Assembly (NCBI GenBank): GCA_018303805.1 | Contig: JAGVXL010000001.1 | Location: 243,528 to 303,527 of the forward strand | Direction of reading: 5' to 3' | DNA length: 60,000 nucleotides | DNA from: Candidatus Pacearchaeota archaeon | GTDB lineage: Archaea; Nanobdellota; Nanobdellia; Pacearchaeales; DTIR01 | In this document: one piece after another, positions 56,790-60,000 of the stretch | Layout: each line of letters begins with the position of its first letter | How positions within the stretch are numbered: position 1 is the first letter of the stretch | Translations under genes and position numbers: made by a program | Notes under the pieces: generated by a model | What the model was told of the DNA's origin: nothing | Databases searched by the model: none | The model's input: the letters and a program-made list of their open reading frames with translations, nothing else

Positions 56790-57857
56790 ATGAAACTAAA
56801 AAGAGATGCTCGCGGGAGGTTTGCGAAAGGCAATGTTCCCCCATTGAAGGCATTGGGGAACATGCCTGAATGGTGGAGGATGAAGGATTCCTTTGCAAAG
56901 AAGAAGCTGTATGCTGAAAACCCTTCACTTGCGAAACAGCATTCTGATTTTATGTATGAATATTACAAAAATCCTGCAAACAGGGAAAAGACAAGGAAGG
57001 CTGTTCTTGATTTCTTGAAGAAGAATAAGGATTTTGGAAGGAGAGTGAGTGCAAAGCTGGTTGAATATAATAAAAAAAATCCTGAAGCTTCTGCAAGGCA
57101 TAGAAGATTTATGCATGATTACTGGAGCAATGATAAGAAAAGGAAAGAAAAAAGCCTTGAGATGAAGCAGATGTACAGGGAAAATCCTGACAAAAGAAAG
57201 AGGTTAAGCGAGTTCAAGATTTTGTATTACAAAAAGCATCCTGAACTGAAAATCCTGATTGGAAGGAATACTGCCAGGTTTTTTGCATCAGCAAAAAATA
57301 GAAAGCTGGCTGCTGAAAGGATGAATGAAAGATACAAGAATCACCCTTATTTAAAAAAAGAGATTAGTGAGGCAAAACAGCTTTACTATGAAAAGCATCC
57401 TGCTGCATTAAGGAAGCTTCTTGAATATGGCAAAAAGGCATGCAAGAGGCATCTTAGAACAAAACAGAAATGGCTTGTCATGAGTTTTGGAGAAAAAAGG
57501 ATTGCGGATTTCTGCTATGATATAAAAGAGCCGTTATTGTATGAATCTGTGGAATTAAATTTTCCTGAAATGGACCCTGTGCCTGATTTTTTCATGCCAA
57601 GGCTTAATGTTCTTGTGGAGTTTTATGGAGGGCATTACAAGGCATGGAAGTCAAAGGTAAAAAAGAACAGGCTCTATAAAAAATACAAAATTCCTGTTAT
57701 TTTTATAACTCCTGCAGAACTTGACAATTTGGATTATTATCTTATCAAAGAGGCTGAAAGAATGAGCAAGACTGCAATTTGTAGGGATTTTAATGTTAAG
57801 AATTGGGCTTTGAATAAGAAAGGGCTGACAGAAGGGGAATTGAAAAGCCAAAAATAA
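56790..57857 (+). CDS. Basic helical-repeat protein with C-terminal PD-(D/E)xK-like nuclease
   Basis: RDARGRF; repeated Y(Y/W)..(N/H)P units; SFGE..IA, YES, PDFF, VEFYG. Confidence 0.78.
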   Translation: MKLKRDARGRFAKGNVPPLKALGNMPEWWRMKDSFAKKKLYAENPSLAKQHSDFMYEYYKNPANREKTRKAVLDFLKKNKDFGRRVSAKLVEYNKKNPEASARHRRFMHDYWSNDKKRKEKSLEMKQMYRENPDKRKRLSEFKILYYKKHPELKILIGRNTARFFASAKNRKLAAERMNERYKNHPYLKKEISEAKQLYYEKHPAALRKLLEYGKKACKRHLRTKQKWLVMSFGEKRIADFCYDIKEPLLYESVELNFPEMDPVPDFFMPRLNVLVEFYGGHYKAWKSKVKKNRLYKKYKIPVIFITPAELDNLDYYLIKEAERMSKTAICRDFNVKNWALNKKGLTEGELKSQK

Positions 57858-57889
57858 ATAAGAAAAAGGTTTAAAGCTAAAAAATACCC

Positions 57890-58777
57890 CTATCTTAAAT
57901 AACCCCTGTTTGAATCAAGATATTTTCTGAAAAACCACTGCAGGAATATGCCTTTATCCTTCTTTATTTGCGCCCTCTCCAGCGCATTATAATAGCTGTT
58001 CCTTTTTTCATAGGTTATATCCAGCATAGGAAGTTTATTCTTATTCAGAATGAAATTCATCATCATCCTTGAGATTCTCCCATTACCATCTCCAAAAGGG
58101 TGGATTGTTACAAATTTTAAATGCACTAACGCTGCCAATTCAACTGGATTCAGCTTATTCCTGCTTTTGCCATACCACTCAAAAAATTCTCTCAGCAAAG
58201 GCTGCAATTCTGCAGGAAAGGGCGGCAGAAACCTGCTTCCTGAAATCTTAACCTGATGCTCCCTTATCCTGCCCGCCATGTCTGGCTTCGTATTCTCAAG
58301 CAGTTTCTTATTCCAGTATAACACTATCTGCAATGTTAAGTCTTTTTTGTAATCCAGCATTTCATAGAAAAGTTTTTTGTGGGCTTCTGCTTCCTTTATG
58401 TCCCTGACTGGCTTGTCTTTTGGTGTTATGCCCCGCTCAAGCAGGTTTGCAGTGTCCCTAAGGCTTAATTTAGAGCCCTCTATCCTCTGGGTGTTGTAAG
58501 TAAACCTGACTGCAAAATCCTCCCTTTCCTTTTCTTGTGCAGACAGTGGTGTAACCTTTGTTTCCTGTGCATAATTTTTTCTTATTTTATCAAACAAGCC
58601 AAACCACTTTTCCTTGTAAATCTCAAGAATAAATTTTCTTTTTAATTCCTCAATATTCTCTGGAATCTGCTTGCCGAGATAAAGCTCTTTCTTCTCAACT
58701 CTATCTTTCACTCTCCTGCTATGGTTCAGGTAGTAGTATTCTTCCCCTTTTATTATTTTCTTGCTTACGGATACCAT
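57890..58777 (-). CDS. Fic family protein
   Basis: HPFGDGNGRISR; FTYNTQRIEG. Confidence 0.95.
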   Translation of the reverse strand: MVSVSKKIIKGEEYYYLNHSRRVKDRVEKKELYLGKQIPENIEELKRKFILEIYKEKWFGLFDKIRKNYAQETKVTPLSAQEKEREDFAVRFTYNTQRIEGSKLSLRDTANLLERGITPKDKPVRDIKEAEAHKKLFYEMLDYKKDLTLQIVLYWNKKLLENTKPDMAGRIREHQVKISGSRFLPPFPAELQPLLREFFEWYGKSRNKLNPVELAALVHLKFVTIHPFGDGNGRISRMMMNFILNKNKLPMLDITYEKRNSYYNALERAQIKKDKGIFLQWFFRKYLDSNRGYLR

Positions 58778-58904
58778 ATTGCTTATTATATCTACATATT
58801 TATAAATATTTCTATTTTATCAGAATTGTAGGGTTAAATATCCTTTGGGCAGTGCTCCTTTCGCCGCAAGAAAAAGTTTAAAAAGGGGAGGGTATAAGGT
58901 ATAT

Positions 58905-58989
58905 ATGTATCCTAGCTAGGGAGGTCGTCCTGTAAAGTCTGGAGGGACAAACTAGATTTCGGCCCTCTCATGGGGGTCCACGGATACAT
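58905..58989 (+). ncRNA. Candidate multi-stem small RNA of about 85 nt
   Basis: BRE-TATA at 58871-58884; closing stem ATGTATCC/GGATACAT; inner CTAG/CTAG, GTCC/GGAC, GGCCCTC/GGGGGTC; T-tract after. Confidence 0.55.
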
Positions 58990-58995
58990 CAATTT

Positions 58996-59486
58996 TTATT
59001 TTTTCAAAAATTTCTCTACTTCCTCAAGGCTTATTTTAACATACCCTTTCATCTGGTTTTTTGTATCTTTTCTCATTAAATAAGCATATTTGTCTGCATT
59101 AGACTCCTTAGGCAGTTTGGTATATCTAAAGATAGGTTTTAATTTCAGCAAGTCCCCTAAGAAATATTTTAAATTTGAAGTTATGTCTTTTTCATGTCCC
59201 TGAAAATCCTTGCAAATTTCAATACCTGCTTCTCTATTGCTATGTCTAAAATCTATACTCTTAAAGAGATAGTAAATAATGATGCAGTAAACTCTCACTC
59301 TCAATAGGGCTTTTCCTTGTTGCGAGTCTGCATATCTATTTCTTTATTAGCATGTTTAAATCTTAGTTTCCTAATCAAATCCCTATCAAACTTAAACCCC
59401 TTTATCAGATTGTTTTTATCTGCAACAACAATGGTGTAATCTGAACTGAATATATCTTCCCCACTTACATCAATTTCAAAAAGCAT
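58996..59486 (-). pseudogene. RNase H-like (DUF3800-like) gene split by a single frameshift near 59340
   Basis: FEIDVSG... in one frame continues as RYADSQQGKALLRVRVYC...ICKDF...SNADKY in the -1 frame. Confidence 0.7.
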
Positions 59487-59624
59487 TACCGTTATATAAT
59501 AAATTAATATAAAAATCTAACTATCAATTCACAAATATAAAAAACCCCGGAGTAAGGTTTAAAAACCTCTTTTTTCTTAGTGCCTTACCGGTATTACTAC
59601 AAGGAGACTATAAAGGTTCAAGGA

Positions 59625-59653
59625 AAGGTATCGGAAAACCTTGGTTTTCTGAT
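59625..59653. repeat. REP-like single hairpin, the empty target of the double-hairpin element
   Basis: ATCGGAAAACC-TT-GGTTTTCTGAT; relatives near 26672, 53644 and 55543. Confidence 0.65.
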
Positions 59654-59668
59654 GTAGGAGGTTGAAAT

Positions 59669-60000
59669 ATGAAAGAAGAATTTTTACAAGCATTGCAGGA
59701 TTTAAGGAAGATAAGTGCAGAAAAGCCAAGAAAATTTGAGCAGACAGTTGATTTAATTCTTAATTTAAGGGATTTTGATGTAAGGAAACAGTCATTGAAT
59801 TTGTTTGTGCCAATGCCCCATAAAGCAAAAGATGTCAGAATTTGCGCCTTTCTGGAAAGGCAGAGCAAGAATTTTGATTTCTGCATAACAAAGGCGGAGA
59901 TTGAAGGGTGGCAAAACAAGAAAGATGTTAAGAAGCTTGTAAAGGACTATGATTTTTTTGTTTCTCTTGCAAGTCTGATGCCTAAAATAGCAACGCAATT
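59669..60000 (+). CDS. rpl1: 50S ribosomal protein L1, partial (not in ORF track)
   Basis: SD AGGAGG at 59656; MKEEFLQALQDLRK...RKFEQTVDLILNLRDFD...YDFF...LMPKIA. Confidence 0.93.
   Translation, partial: MKEEFLQALQDLRKISAEKPRKFEQTVDLILNLRDFDVRKQSLNLFVPMPHKAKDVRICAFLERQSKNFDFCITKAEIEGWQNKKDVKKLVKDYDFFVSLASLMPKIATQ

Noticed and set aside
58905-58989. Canonical tRNA
   Set aside because: No GTTCRA T-loop or standard D and anticodon arm geometry; kept only as an unclassified RNA candidate.
59330-59350. Programmed frameshift in the RNase H-like gene
   Set aside because: No canonical slippery heptamer at the junction; a 1-nt deletion or sequencing error is more plausible.
281-59998. Numerous antisense or nested ORFs in the track (e.g. 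4539-5162, 17812-18399, 34167-34781, 42370-43023, 49254-49859)
   Set aside because: They lie opposite well-supported genes and show the Ser/Phe/Leu-rich composition expected of shadow frames.

Overview
A gene-dense, AT-rich chromosomal segment from a DPANN archaeon, most consistent with Pacearchaeota. The evidence is a pacearchaeosortase-like protein, a fused PriS-PriL primase, a Methanococcales-type S-layer gene, many class III signal-peptide proteins, and BRE-TATA promoters about 28-30 nt upstream of leaderless starts. Housekeeping genes include rpl11, rpl37ae, rpo12, pfdB, sepF, dph2, serS, cmk, metG, pcna, aIF5A, rpl40e, taw1, rpl1, tRNA-Pro(TGG) and tRNA-Ala(CGC). Short AT-rich accessory inserts lie between them. 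Best candidate for a new system: an island at about 28.0-30.9 kb in which a cysteinyl-tRNA synthetase gene is coupled (1-nt gap) to a radical SAM/SPASM maturase. That gene converges (3-nt gap) on an unannotated 34-aa ORF with its own promoter, an acidic leader and a GCSENCPCCT tail, which suggests a RiPP cluster carrying its own CysRS. Other notable signals: (i) two distant RNase H-like (DUF3800-like) genes, each met at its 3' end by a promoter-preceded structured small RNA candidate; (ii) 50-54 bp double-hairpin elements seen in both filled and empty sites; (iii) an ispG/ispH chimera joined at an in-phase A_AAA_AAG; (iv) a HEPN-MNT module integrated into the 3' end of a giant Cys-rich gene with a 51-bp duplication; (v) a histone-fold gene lacking its start; (vi) an attC-like element. 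All calls come from motif recognition by eye; no database search or folding program was run.
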